From Albugo candida (taxonomy: Eukaryota), in assembly GCA_040437565.1 (NCBI GenBank), contig JBDOQK010000080.1, positions 1 to 64,000 on the forward strand: DNA of 64,000 bases. The letters are read 5' to 3'. Below are positions 12,628-26,395 of the stretch, in pieces. A program made the translations under genes and the position numbers. Numbering within the stretch: the first letter of the stretch is position 1; every line of letters starts with the position of its first letter. The notes below the pieces were generated by a model. It saw nothing but the letters and a program-made list of their open reading frames with translations. It made no database searches and was not told the DNA's origin.

Positions 12628-15011
12628 ATGAGTCACCCTGTTTTGGGGGATTGCATATTTGTTGATGAGTCATCACCCCTGTGTGATGACGTGGATAGTA
12701 CCCCACCCTCAGTGCAACGGTACAGGGTAACACCGGTACTACCGATGTCGAATGTGGTACCGATGGCACATGCGGTACTGTCGTTGACTCGTCACAGGGT
12801 GAGCAAAAGGCAACTGCAACTGTGAACGACACTAAAAGTCCCACTCTTGATGACCTGATCAAGTCACAGGAGTCCCTGCGTAAGGACCAGGCAAGAGCTC
12901 GAGCGAAACTTCACGTAGAGATCTCAAGCGGAAAGCCTCGAATATCGAGGCTATACTGGAGCTATATGCTGATGGGAAGCATCCAGAATGTCTGTTTTGT
13001 CTGCGAAATTGGAAGCAGCAAGACCTTTCCAAATCCGGAAAGCAACCTTCCCAATGGTCTTGGACACGGGCCAGTCCTTGACCCGTACTCCAAGTGGGAA
13101 ATTTTATCCTCCCTGATGCGAGACCACGGCAATCCGATCTTTGAAAGTTTACTGGAGAGCCGTTCCATCGCTCAGGTGTCCAAAATGCTTGGGGAAGCAT
13201 CAGGGTGATGGTCACCACTGCGGATGCCTGCAAACAGTTGGAGCGTCAGCCGGCGACTATCCTTGGGGAGAAGTATTTTTTTCGTGGGTTTGATACTCTT
13301 GAAACAAAATACTACATCGATGTTTTCGTCGTAGGCGTGGAGAAGGAGCGTAACAACATACTCCGCGCTCTTCACCAGCTCGGATGTCAAGTGGTGTGTG
13401 ACACCTTTCGCGGGACGATTCCCACCAAGGAAGTGGTGATGTCGACTTGGCGAGTTTACTTTGGTTGTTTGACGTGCCCCCAACAACTGGTTAGAGTTAG
13501 TAAAGTGATCGAACAAATCGCTTACGAGGAACAACTTTACCCAGTAAGGGGTAAAAATGCTCCTATTCCAACGGAACGACCACGTTTCGTTCAACGTGGT
13601 CCTTATTGCTTGGATTTGGGTGCAGCGTTACTCACGGGGGCGCGGCAACAACAAAACAAAAATCAAACTCAAACTCAGAATCAACTCCAAGCAAAACCGC
13701 AACCTGAAAAACAAAAACAAACAACCGCACCAACTGCAGTCGCGGTGATTCCAAAAAAGGTGGAGAAGCCAGTTCAAATTCAGGAATTGGAGGCGAGGCG
13801 ACCGGAGCGAAAACACTCCGTCCAAATTTCGTTGGAGCTCGACACTCCTCCCTCTATCTCTCACCACCAGGGTCACCAGACTTATCGCAACCCACTCCTC
13901 CCATCCTACATTTGAAAAATCAATCATCTTCCCATCTACGGTTGGAGAGGGATGGTGACAGATACATGCAGTTGGCATGGACAAGAGAAAAGCGTAATCG
14001 GACTGAGCCGTTCGACCAAATGGTTTCCAATGCACCACTTCGGACGCTCCCAACCTTGGCGACAAGCAGTTACTTTACTATGGTCGCAACTATAGAGGTG
14101 GAGGTCGAAGAAGTCCATGCGGTTGCCAATCCGGAGCATGGCAACCGCATTCAAATTATTCCCGTGAAAACACGAATGCCAAAGAAGATAGCCACTTCGA
14201 AAGAGGCGGCACACTTGTATAAGAAGCGTCATACGACGGTGGAAAAAGCGGAGCGACCAACCAGAATTGGCGAAATAGGGGAACTCATGGAAATCGATTC
14301 CAAAAATGCACTCCACCAGCTTCGACTGGACAAGCTGGTTCAAGCCGTTGCGTGCATCCCTCATTTGCGTCGGCTGGTACAGTTTTGTACTAACCCGGAC
14401 CAAATCATCCGGGCATCATTAGATCATCCCATCACCATGCAAGGGGTGCTTATTTCATTTATGGAGACGAATGATCCTGCGTTGGACAAAGTAGCACATC
14501 TGCTTCAAATCAATCTCGTTTTTTCAGCGCACAATCTCGGCGAAGATGTCACATTTATGACGCGATGGAATCGCCACGTTGGTGGAGACGTTCCCTCAAA
14601 GAGAGCTGTATTGTTCGATAAAGTGATGCCTTGGTGGAAGTCAGGGCCGGACACTGCTCACGGTTTGACTCGGACGACCAGAGCTCTGTGAATTGCTATA
14701 TATGTCTACTGCCTTGACATTTTACACAAACGATCACTGGATCCACTATATCACCGATAGGCCAGTGATATGGATTCCTGTTCACCATTTCGTCGTTTAC
14801 TTCCGATCAATGTGCTCATCTTGTTGTTACGCTCCGACGTAGGAATAGAATGTTGCTCTCATTAGTTTGGTGGTAGATGGTGAGGACTTCTCTGTGGTGA
14901 TATCAGCGAGCTATCAGTCAATCTCAGCTTTTTCCCAGAAAAGAAGGTAACACTCCACCTCTCAAAAGAAGATGGTAACATGAGGTCGATTGCTGGTGCA
15001 CTTCAGCGTGA
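12628..15011 (+). pseudogene. LINE ORF1, frameshifted
   Basis: Consecutive overlapping plus-strand ORFs 12822-13208, 13205-13915 and 13912-14691, with a Q/K/P-rich linker, directly upstream of the endonuclease. Confidence 0.65.
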
Positions 15012-16610
15012 ATGCTAAGGGCTCCTCACTTATTTCAACGTGGAACAATATATCAGCACTCACGGTGAATGTCAATGGAATTCATAAAAATGGTCATCTT
15101 TTTATCGACCACATCCTATCACAACACTCCATTTGCTGTGTTCAAGAAACCAAGTTTCACGATCATAACCAACTAGACTCATTTCAGCTTTTATTATCCT
15201 CAACAATGCAGCACAAAATATTTGTCAATGACCCACAGCAGTGCTTTTCTCCATTCGACTCAAAACCGCAGTGGCGGCGTCATGACAATCCTTCGTTCGG
15301 ACTTTCCCGGTTATGCAACAGCTGAAGAACTCACCGAAAGAAGCATTCGAAATCGTTATTTGGTTTTGCGTCTTCTCATTCACGATGCACCGGTGTATAT
15401 TCAAAATGTATATGCACCGGTCAAAGCCGAGGAACGAGTGGGTTTTTATGAATTATTGCTCTTCAACACTTTCGAATCGACCGCAACACATATCGTATTT
15501 GGTGATCTCAACACACCACTCGATCCAGCTATCGATGCTTCGAGTGGAACAATTCGACACGAACCAAGTCGATTAGCGTGTTTGGAATGGCTTTCACAGT
15601 TGGGTGTGGTAGACGCTTGGCGAATCCAACATCCGACTGAAAAAGTNNNNNNNNNNNNNNNNNNNNNNNNNNNNNNNNNNNNNNNNNNNNNNNNNNNNNN
15701 NNNNNNNNNNNNNNNNNNNNNNNNNNNNNNNNNNNNNNNNNNNNNNGGTCTCATCACTTGGATTATACCAACCACAAGTGGCAGATCATTTTATGTGGGA
15801 GTAACAAGCAAGGAAAGGAAACATTATTTTCCATCTATTCCACGCTCACGACTCTCACGAATCGTCTGTAAACCTCCCGAGCTGACCAAGAGTCATCCGA
15901 TGTCGACACATTGGTCATCACGGGATGGATCGGACGCACTGGATTCCGAACGAATTCGAACTTTTATGGCTACATTACGGCATCTTCGGAAACGTGTATT
16001 ATCAATTTCGAGGATTAACAGTTTCGTCTAGCCTTCCGAATGCTGCCAGTTCGATCTCTTTTCTGGTTCTTAAAGGATATTCAGCCCGACATTATATTGT
16101 GTACACCGCTTTCGTGTGGGGCAGTGGAATCCGATCAACATCTCCTTCTTGAGTCCGACCACACGGCACAGTTATAGAGTGAGTTATTCACTAGTTGGGA
16201 TCAGTTTTTCTCCTCTCGACCACGTTGGACGCATATTGCATGTGCAATCGTACCAACACTGCAGTCGGATTGGAAAGAATATCAGCAAATTATATCGGCT
16301 TTTTGGCTTGCATTGCAAACGGTGGCACTGCACTTCGTCTAGCCCGATCGGAATCGTCGTTTGTTCGATCAGCGATCAGCAACTCCGACAGTTCCAGCAC
16401 TTTCCGTGATCTACACCACGTTTAGTGCACGTTCGGTACTTTCGAAGACAGTGTTACGACCAAGAGGAACGCATTCGGCTTGCTAAAGTTTTGGAAAAAC
16501 TCGCAACGCAAGGATCATTCGGTGGCTTTTTCAGAAGGCTAATATCATTACTTCGGGTACGGCACAGGCGAGTGGAAAAGCAAGTGCAACTCGGATCCTA
16601 GTCCTAGTTG
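15012..16610 (+). pseudogene. LINE ORF2: APE-type endonuclease plus C-terminal remnant; RT not visible (gap at 15647-15746)
   Basis: EEP/APE motifs ALTVNVNG, CCVQETK, GGVMTIL, NVYAP, GDLNTPLD, VDAWR, with a frameshift near 15230. Confidence 0.85.
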
Positions 16611-16907
16611 GATGGCATTGTTCCGCCTAGTGTGGCGTACACCAACTTGCAAAGCATGGTACTTTTGGACCATTTTTACAACTTTACAACTTTACAGCAG
16701 TTACAAGCTGGATACAGTCTCGTATTAAGGGTGCTGAGGCTGTTGCGACACGGGACTGTCAACGAGAAGACATATTATCATCTCTCACAGGTATTTCACG
16801 AAATATTTTTTATATGTATATATGTTATTTAAGATAGCTTAGGCAACTAGAGAAGTCAGTCAGTCTAATTCTAGTAACATAGACACCTTCAACTGAACTG
16901 TGTTGCA

Positions 16908-19900
16908 TTGTAATATTCAGTTTTGGAATAAGTTCCAACGGAGCCTGGAATCAAAATGCCTCATACTCTTGGAATTTCGTGCAAGCTAGTTTATGGTTAC
17001 TTGACAACGGCTGAAATGTCATCCGCTTCTGGCATAGGAGACGTATAAGGATAGAAATTCTGAATATTTTTAACTCCAGTTGCATTAAAAAGTACTTCCC
17101 TTACAAGCATTGTGGCAGCTCGCATATGCTTATGTCTTCCGCCGTCTCAGCACGCTATACTAAATGAGCAGGGTATTGATTATAGTAATATTTCCTGATG
17201 ATATGTTGCATTTTTTGGCAAAAAAAAATAAACAGGCATCTTCTTACATGAATTTTGCTTGTATATCCATAAAACTATGAAGCCAAGTCTTCCGGCACCA
17301 CTACATGAAGAAGTCTCCATTTTGAAGGCAGCTTTCACGATGCACGTCTGTATAAGTATTGTTAGGTAAATATTCTGTTTAAAATTATTCATGAGTATGT
17401 CTCATGCAGTCTACGAAGCGGAGTTGCGGGTTAGCATACCTGTATTGTAAATCACTTTGTAGATACTTTCGTACAAAGTCATTCCTTCGACCTTGCGGAT
17501 AATTGAGGTTGTAAGTAGTAGACAACGTCTTCTTTCTATGGTTACATCTGATGCAATGCAATCAACAACTTGAAGACGAGGTTGGATGCATCGAGTTCAA
17601 TATCAAGACACCTGTGGGGTAAGGTGGATATGAGAAGCTTAAAGTACAATCAGGAAGCTCTTTTAACACATAATAACTCATATTTAGCCATCAACTTCTA
17701 CATGCGAATTAATATTACATGAATGCCTAGGAAAGGCATTCATTTGCTGCAGCTTTCGAAATAAGCGTCAATTATATCCGCTTTGGAGCGCAAACATCCC
17801 CTTTGCAGTATAAGACTGGAAACATTGAGCAATTATCAAATCAGCGTTCAAACAACGAATACTAAGGACGCTTTCGGGACTCAGAAATGGCATTTTTGTT
17901 CGTCGCGCTTTAAGCTTCTAGTGAGACGATCAGTCTGACCCGATCAGCTATTTTTACTTTTCCGTAGTTCTACCTCATATCAAGAGTTCTTCCTAGTTCC
18001 CGTCTGTCATCAAAAACACGTCTAACTGAAAGGTCATGTAGGTTCATCTACATTTTCGCTTTTGTGGTCTTTTCCACTCATAAACACTTGCGCGACTAGG
18101 CAAATAACCATGCCACCACCTATGCCGTGATTCATTGCGCTATCGTGATGCGTAAAAATCAATGCGTTAGCGCAGAGAGGTACATGCGATTTTCTCGCCT
18201 ACGTTCAGATGCGACCGAGGATTGTACTAAGCAAATGGGCTTCAGTCAAGCGGGATGATCATTGTAAAGTGCAGCGCCATAAGACACGACCGTTCACGCA
18301 AGGAGTTCGGCGAATAGCTTGAGTGAACTCCACAGATACTTACGCTCCAGTTGCCTACACCAGTTCAAATCGAGTATTTCTTAGTTTGTAGGGAATAGTA
18401 GACTCATGAGTTTTAGTCATATAGACAGAAAACTAGAAAAAGAACGAAAATGCTCTGATTTTGAAACCTTCTGTGCATCGCATAAATTATGACTCAAATC
18501 TGATTGATTGCATATTTAAGCTATCGGCCACTATCTTACACAAAATGTCAATTAGCACTTCCGATCATGGTATGCAGGATAATGATTTGCACTCTTCCTT
18601 TACACGGCCGTACCTGCTACTAGTGTCTCTGTCTGAAAATAAAAATTGAGCTCGTCGCCTTCCGTAAAACCACATTTGTTCAGCAAATCGATCCAGTTCA
18701 ATGCATTCTTCGATTCCGATACTGTATCTTAAAATCTGAAAAATTATTTATTAACCATTGGAATTGCGAAGGTGCAAGTGCTATATTTTACGAACTTCAA
18801 ATTTCCTATTTTTTATATTTGGCTTTTCACAAAGTGATCAGCATCTTCTGCTCGCATCAAATTCTGCCCATCTTGGTCTTACTGCAACGTGTGATGGCTG
18901 ATCCGTGTATCATTATAGAAAGAACGCTTCATTAAAGAGAACATTCGGGAAACACAACAGAATTAAAGAATTCAGTATCAGACTTTCTAGCCTTTTGACG
19001 CTCTAAGACGGTATTCTGACGATTGCTTATGCTAAAATTCCGAGTGAGAGAAGAGATAAGTCTTATACTTACCAAAATTCACAAACGGCACTCGCGAACA
19101 GGTTCATTCAGATTGAGAGCAGATCAAAAGATTCTGTGTTTCATCTAGGGTGCACTAGATACTGATCACCAGAGGAAATTGGCATCAATTATTTAGACAT
19201 CAATCAGGATCTCAGCATCATTTTTTTGGTTGAAGATGAAAACCAAGCTCTCTATCTCGCTGTGAATGATCAGAATGCTTGAATGGGTCATTTTGGCATT
19301 ATTGTAGCCAATATTGAGACATAGGGTCGGCAGATTTATCTGTCAAATGAGTCTTGCATCGAAGCATTCAAAGCTGACGCTATATATATATTTGTTTGTT
19401 TCACCGCAAAGACCCGTGGTAGGATAACTGCACCATACTCAAATAATGTCCAGATAAGAAGCTACACTTGACATGCATGTAAGTGGAGTCGGTCGGTCTA
19501 GAGCACGTTGCAAAAGATAAAATATCGAAACTGGTCTTTTGAAGCATTCGCCCATGTGTGCGATTCAATTGCAGTACAACTCAATGGATGGAAAAGTCAT
19601 GCAGAGATGTACCATTTGTGTCGTCCAATACGTTTGTGAGTTATTGCGCCGCCTTCGTCCGCTTTCTCATGATCAAATACCGTTCAATTGATCGCCGCGA
19701 GCTGGAGTCAAGTCTTGAAAGACGAGTCTCTACTCAATGGCCAGACTTGTAGGTGCATTGCAAATACAGCAATTACTCTTAGCTCATCAAAGTTCCTCAA
19801 ATCTGTGACCACCAAATAGCTGTTTGGATCCAGAATTGAGATTATGCATGCTACAAAGTCGCATCTTAGTTGAGTCGAGAAATACATCGGCGGGACCTAT

Positions 19901-21660
19901 CATTGATTCCTTCGTAAACGTCCGTCCGTGTGGAGCAGAAAAGCTCTGTTCGTTAGAATGAGGGCGAGACCACATCAAAATTTTCCGAGCTCCAGTTACT
20001 TGGATTGAAGAAACTGAATCCGGACTCAATTCGCCATCTGTCACGAAAGCCTACCAGGAACGCTTAGGTGGCTCAACAATGTACTAATCCTCAACTTCAT
20101 GATACGTTGACCAAATTAAAAAAAAATTATGTAAGGTCCTCTTAGCATACTTATCAGCCGGCACTCTTGGATGTCAAGTCTTTGTCAGTCCATTCCTCAC
20201 AGCTTTCTCCTTTTGGGGGATTGCATTACAAGATTATTAATTTATTCGCATCCGTGGAGCAGCAAGGTTTGTTTGTGAATAGAAAACAATACGATTTTGC
20301 TGTGCGTTTTACTGAAACATACCTTCAGCTCCAAGGTCAATTTGAGAGTTTTACAGGAGCATGGATATCGACGGAAAAAGCTTGCATTCAACTTGGAACA
20401 AATATCAAGTTTCCTCTCCAATTCGTACTCGAGATCTGCGAACAAGCTCTATCAGATAGCCCAAGTAAGTGTATCCCTTTTATCTTTGGGTGGGTCGTAT
20501 CCTCACAAAGCGGCGTTACGAACGAAAGTCACCCAAAAAAAGCTCCAATACCGAGCATAAGAAAGCTTCAGTTCTATCAATACGAAAGATTGACAACTTA
20601 GCTCTATCGGGTATGATGATCAGCCATGCTTTTCGGAACAACAAAATTGAGACCATTAGAGTGCTCATGGTATTCATTGCGACAGGTATTTGTTTAGCAA
20701 CTGTCCCAGAAAGTTTTCAGGCACATTAACAATACGCTTCAATCGACTTTGAATATGCAAACGTGTTTATGAGAAATTGTTAGGAGAATAGTACCTCTAC
20801 ATGGCAAGCAATTAAACAATTCTCTCTCTTGTAACTTCTTTATGGGGTCGAGCACATCTGGACGACCCAACTTGGATATGTCGCTCGATTGATATCGTGG
20901 ATTGCTTATCCAATACGACTGGTCCAATTCATTGCTCTTCCGCCCATCTATATACGCTGAAACCACGATGTAAGCATTTGCTGTTTTCCGCCGACAATTA
21001 CCAACGTAAGGCCTGTGGAATCTGCAACTCGCAACTTTGCGCTTGAGCAAAAAGCATCACAAAAAAACAGGTACTCATTCCAGCGTCTATTAGATTGTGG
21101 AGGAGATGAGATCATAACACATTTGAGCGTGTAATGGCAAGCAGAGAAACTTCGGAAACTGGGGTTAGCTTGATCAAATGGAAGAAATGGGCATAGAGGC
21201 ACTGTATATCGACTCAGGATTTAGAGTGCATATGCAGCCATGTGTAGGATTATAAAATGTAGACTGATGCGATCGTTTGTGTGTCGCATAGAACGGGAAA
21301 AGCAGCGACATGTCTCTAAAAAGGTTTTATCGCCTTGCCGTGAACCGTGATGCTCAAGATACTCGAAACAAGCAAAATTGATCTCGCGTGTATCGGATTT
21401 AGTGATGTTGTGGACGCATGAGCATCGTTCATTCTTGAGTAAAAAACGTCTGTAGCCATCACAGTGAATTGAATGATGCTCTCATTCTTACAAAAGTCTA
21501 GAGATGAAGATCTGCACTTGCGGAACTTTGTTTCTGCTTCAGTGTTTTTTTTCCTGCTTAAAGAAGCTTCCCACCTCAATCCGGAATCGAGGGATAACGA
21601 AGGCAATCAAAGATTATTTGTACGAATCTACCACCTCGAAGCATCAATGCTTTCCATATA
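16908..21660 (-). pseudogene. Family B copy 2 (5' end lost at inversion junction ~21660; probably continues left of the LINE to ~12000)
   Basis: Minus-strand ORF fragments 21316-21606, 20948-21202, 20739-21050 (KLGRPDVLD...ELFNCLPC), 19787-20044 and 17180-17392, with similarity to the other B copies. Confidence 0.5.
18100..18390 (+). mobile_element. Ancient Ty1/copia reverse-transcriptase N-terminal relic
   Basis: Translates as SKWASVKRDDHCKVQRHKTRPFTQGVRRIA*VNSTDTYAPVA, matching the copia pattern KWVF..K.D..G...RYKARLVA.GF.Q..G.DY.ETYAPV. Confidence 0.75.
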
Positions 21661-22113
21661 TACATTGCATCGGATACATTCCGACTACATGTTTTCTCAC
21701 TTTAATGCATAAAATGATTCCTATCCATCATGCTCTCTGGGACTTTACTTAGTTGCGTGATGAAGCTCAATATACGTGACACCTTTGACGCTAGTAGGCT
21801 AGAGTAGCTTGTGTATCATCGATGTCCCTGATTCAATGCGACGGTAACTGTAATACAATATGCTGGTATCTAGCGCTTTAAATGAGTCTGTGTTATAGTC
21901 TAGAGATTGCTGGCAAGATTATGAAAAGTCAAAATTCCTAGAGGTACGAGGGTCTGACAGAAATATATAGCAAGCATTCATAGGTATGCATATCCCTGAT
22001 GCTTGTTATATCATCGACTATATGCAGATAGCGATTGTTCGATATGAAATAGTCATACATGCAGAAATGCTAGATCGATTAGTGTGACTGTATTATCAAT
22101 ACCGTCTTGCAAC

Positions 22114-22375
22114 TCAATTACCTCTAGGTCGTTTCTTTGTAATCGATGTCTTTCCGTACGTTGACGTAGATGCAGACGGCGTGAGTTTTCCGTTTTCTAG
22201 ACGTGTCGTTTTAAGATTTTTAGGTTCGTTTCTTCCTGAAAAGCCCAATGATAACGTGACGGATTGGAAGTTTAATGGCTGTGAAATGAAGTTCGAATCT
22301 ATGTTTTTGGAGTGGGTGATTCGAATTATTCCAGGTATCGTGCAAATGTACTTCACATGTTCGTACTCGAAAGGA
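22114..22375 (-). CDS. Family A (CCG-like secreted protein) C-terminal fragment, inverted, truncated by gap
   Basis: ICTIPGIIRITH...SQPLNFQSVTLSLGFS...SASTSTYGKTSITKKRPRGN aligns with the C-termini of the 38436-38939 and 52600-54405 proteins. 21662-22113 is the reverse complement of the family A 3' flank. Confidence 0.8.
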
Positions 22376-22479
22376 NNNNNNNNNNNNNNNNNNNNNNNNN
22401 NNNNNNNNNNNNNNNNNNNNNNNNNNNNNNNNNNNNNNNNNNNNNNNNNNNNNNNNNNNNNNNNNNNNNNNNNNNATTA

Positions 22480-25400
22480 ACCTTCCTATAATACAATTCC
22501 ACTTTCGCCTTTTCTTACTACCGAGATTCTCAAATACCGTCTCTGCGTCAACTCCGTGGAATTGACATCTGCATCGCTGGAAATAGGCCAATATGAGACT
22601 TATTTCCTGTTTTGATGATCGAAGAAGATAGTGTAATCTTGAGGTCGTACTTCTCTCACTGCATCATAGCAGATTTTCCAGTTTAAGGATCAAATGCTTT
22701 CTCGGTCAAGTATACACCGAACATAGACGGCCCAAGAATTGCGAAATATAGTCGCCTAGGATGCCATTGAGACATTGGTATCAAATCCTGATATCCAATT
22801 GAACTTTACGTTTAAAGCAGCCGATAGCTCTTGCTCCTTGCTTGAAAATGTTTTTATTGGGTGTAAAGTATACTCGAACGAAAACGGGCAACAAGACCCT
22901 TGCTGCTAGAACATGAAGCTTCTTGAAGCAGTTCATCGGAATGTATTAACGGCAGAACGTCTCGATGAGGTTATTTCAACCCTTCACAAAGGTGTAAATC
23001 AAGCCTGGAAGTCGGAAACGCTAGTGATTCTGTCCACCTTTACTATTGGATTTTTTAATATTCATTCCATGAACATCCGCTGAAAACATCAGCCTCCGTT
23101 CAGTTGATTGTCACGAGCTACAACCCATTCTTAAAGCGTGAGACTATTCAATGGCCAGATCTAATGGTGAAAATTACATTTTTCTTTGGGCTCATCACGT
23201 GCAATTCCACATGAAAAACGTTTTCGATCCCAAATTGACGATCTTTGTTTCTAATTCGCAACTCAGTTGTATAATGTGATGTAATAACTGAACGTGTCCG
23301 CAATTGCTTCGTCCTATGTTCGTATGATAATACATGAAGGTACTTTTGTGGGAATGAAAGCGAGACTAGTCCGCGAATCTTCCTTTATCTGAGTTTACAC
23401 AATTGTATCAGAAAATCAAAGGAACCAATTCGGAATCTATATAAAGCTTACCCTACTCATACCACTTGGGTGGGTGAACAGTATTATATCACTAAAATGC
23501 ATGTTACATTGATCTTGTCCCATTCATAGCAGCGAGCACTCGTGGATGTTAACTCTATGTCAGTCTACAACATCTAGCTGTCTCCTTGCTTTGAGAAGCA
23601 GAATCCCTGCTTTTAGTTTACTCGTTGACTCCTCGTAGCAGAAGCAGTGTTTGAAAACGGGAAGCAATGCAATTGTCTGTGCTCTTGCTGACAAAGGTTT
23701 TCTACTCCAAGATAGATTTTGAATTGGGTTGAAAGAGTGGATATTGGTGACAAAGGCTTTCCCTCCATTTAGAAGAGTATCGCAAGCTTTCTCGCCAGTA
23801 CGTAACTGCTAGGACAAGGTATGTTGGAAGACCAAACAAATGCCACTCATCACATTACTGAGGCAGACCGTGTCGCCTTGGAGCGAGGATATGAGCAACT
23901 AGTAGTCAGAAAGAATTCCAATAAAGAGAAGGAAGAGATCTTTGATGCCGATCCGATCCACAATTACAACTGTGTGGAAATTCTCGCTTTTTTTGAGTAT
24001 GTTGATCATCCGTGCTTTTCGGAGCAGTTCGTGATACAGAATCAAGAGCTACAGAATCGGTGTGGAATTCATTTAGAAGCTTATTTGTTTCGCAATGTTG
24101 CCAGGCTCTCGTGCATGAGGTATTTTCTCTAGCAAACGTTCCAGAAGATTTATAGCCGCAATAACAAGTGGCTGTACTGACTTCGGATGTGCAAAATTGT
24201 ATGTGAGAAAATGTGAGGAAGAAATCACGCAGTTAAACAAATCTCTCTTTCTGAACTACTTGGTGAGATCGAATCCATCTAGACGATCCTGTTTGACAAT
24301 GCCTCACGCTTTTTTTCTTGGATTCATCATCCATCACGACGAATGCTCCCATTAATTACACTTTCACCCAGTTTTATTCATTGACACTACGATGCAAGAA
24401 TATGCCATACTTCGCTGAGATTTTCAATGAAAATACCTCAAAATTCCGAACTAAACTCACCTGTGAACACTGTAGAGAGGATCTCCTCGCGGGATCTTAA
24501 CACATCTGCGCGCAAAGGCAATCAGAGAATCCGGAAACGGAAGCTTGTGTTTATCAAATGGAAGGAACGGACATGAACGCGCGTCATAATAGTATTTAGT
24601 ATCAAAGGAAACGGATATCGCCTCAGGATTCAGAAGGGCATATGTAGACATCTGTCTGCTTGTAAACTAAAGAATTATGCGAGCGTGTGGTGTGCCGCAT
24701 GGTCTGAAAAAGGAGATACATATCCCTAACAAAGTGTCATCGTCTTGCTGTAAAATGCACTGATCAAGATCCTCTGGACAAGCGAAATTTATTTCCACCT
24801 ACATCGCGTTCAGTGATGTCATGAAGGCATGATAATCGTTCCTTCTTGAGAAACAACGTCTGTTGCCTTTACTGTGAATTGAAAGTTGATCTCATTCTCG
24901 CAAAAGTAAAAAGATGAAGATCTGAAGCTGTTGTCTGTTAATTCAGCTTGGAGTTTGTTTCTCTGTCTATGAGCTCTTCCATCACCACCTAGCTACAGAA
25001 TCCAAGGATAGCGGATAGTCAATCAATTCGTAATTGTATCAATCTAACACCACAGAGCATCAATGCATTCATGTAGGACTTTCAGTTGGAGAATTAGAGT
25101 TGAAGTACTAATTTTGATTTCCAGGATGATTATCACACTTGGGTGAGGGACTCGAGGATAAGAATTTCATTTAATCAATTCTTGTCCAACAGCTAAGAGT
25201 TAAGATGAAATCGCAAGAATTTGTCGTGATCCTAGCTTGATTAAGGTATTAGCTCTCTACGCTAAGCTTTTTGAAGCAATCTGTTTTGCATCTGGAAAGC
25301 TGTAGTGCTGTAAGGGGTCAACCCGTTCTTTGTGTATATTCGTTTGTTTCGTATGCTTCAGAAATCTTAGCTCGCTAGCTGAAGCTTTCTTGTTATAGCA

Positions 25401-26395
25401 TGAATATGCTTTTTGCCTGCTTCGAGATACTTAGCTGGACTTGAAGTCCTGGACCGACCTAGGTCCATTTATTTGTTGTATCGACTTGCTTCTCTCTCAT
25501 GAGTTCCTTCATTGTCATTCCAATTTCTTTATATCCAAAAAGTTTGATGTCTCTAGCTTACATACGTCGAATTTACTAATTATATTGTCGCCGTAAAGGA
25601 TTTTTGAGCATATTGACAAGGATATTGACATTGACATTGACATTGACATACACTCTGCTTGCAGCTGAGGTGGGCCCTACCTTCCTCTGATTCGAGATTC
25701 GTTGGAATCATTCACCGTAGCCACAGTATGTGATGTTGGCCAACGATCTGTCTGATTTCTTCCGATGAGAATTTTTGTATGCAGGATTTTCGACTTTATT
25801 CCGTTGGACACCAAACAAGACTCGATGTGGTATCCAGATATCCAAGGCCACATTTACACGAATAGTGTGCGAGACTTGAGGTTTTTCAAATCGACCGATT
25901 CACATACTGTTCAGGCTAAGTCAGACCAATTGATTTATGTATTGTGAAGAAGATTCCGTGCATTCAAGACTAGGGCTTGTTCATCACATGATACCTATAG
26001 CCTTGATTGATAGATGGATTGCTAAGAATGCATTGGAGCTTGATTTAACTATCTTGACTTCCTTTTAAACGTGCTTTCGAACTAAGTTATATGTGTCACA
26101 TTGATCGATTTATTCTTGTTAGTGTACGAGGTTCATGCCTCATAGAAACTTCACCGCGCATATATTCTCCGTATCAGATATACCCGCGTTTGTGTGATGG
26201 CACTTGTATCAGTTTTACACCATTATTTTGATGAAATCAACGATAACTTACAAAGAAGCTTGACTATATTTATCAAGAAGTGGGCGTGGCAAAATAAATT
26301 AGGCACAAGTTAGTACCACAGAATACTGAATACGTAGAATCGATTAGTTACAGAAGATACGCGGCAACAGATTGAACGGAAGCGCAAATCCTCAT
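22480..26395 (-). pseudogene. Family B copy 3
   Basis: ATG 26395 reads MRICASVQSVAAYLL*LIDSTYS (signal-peptide-like). Many stops and frameshifts follow. Colinear with 43100-44437 plus 50026-51927 and with 34900-36693. Confidence 0.6.

Larger units (their letters stand above)
12470..16892 (+). mobile_element. Non-LTR retrotransposon (L1/Tx1-like LINE), degenerate
   Basis: Flanked by an exact 15-bp TSD CTGAACTGTGTTGCA (12455-12469, 16893-16907) and absent from the paralogous site at ~30500. Contains a long frameshifted ORF1 and an APE endonuclease; AGTCAGTCAGTC lies near the 3' end. Confidence 0.9.
10235..21660 (+). repeat. Segmental duplication, left copy (paralog 28315-35470), interrupted by the LINE
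   Basis: Continuous colinear similarity 10235-12469 vs 28315-30510 and 16908-21660 vs 30510-35470. Confidence 0.9.
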
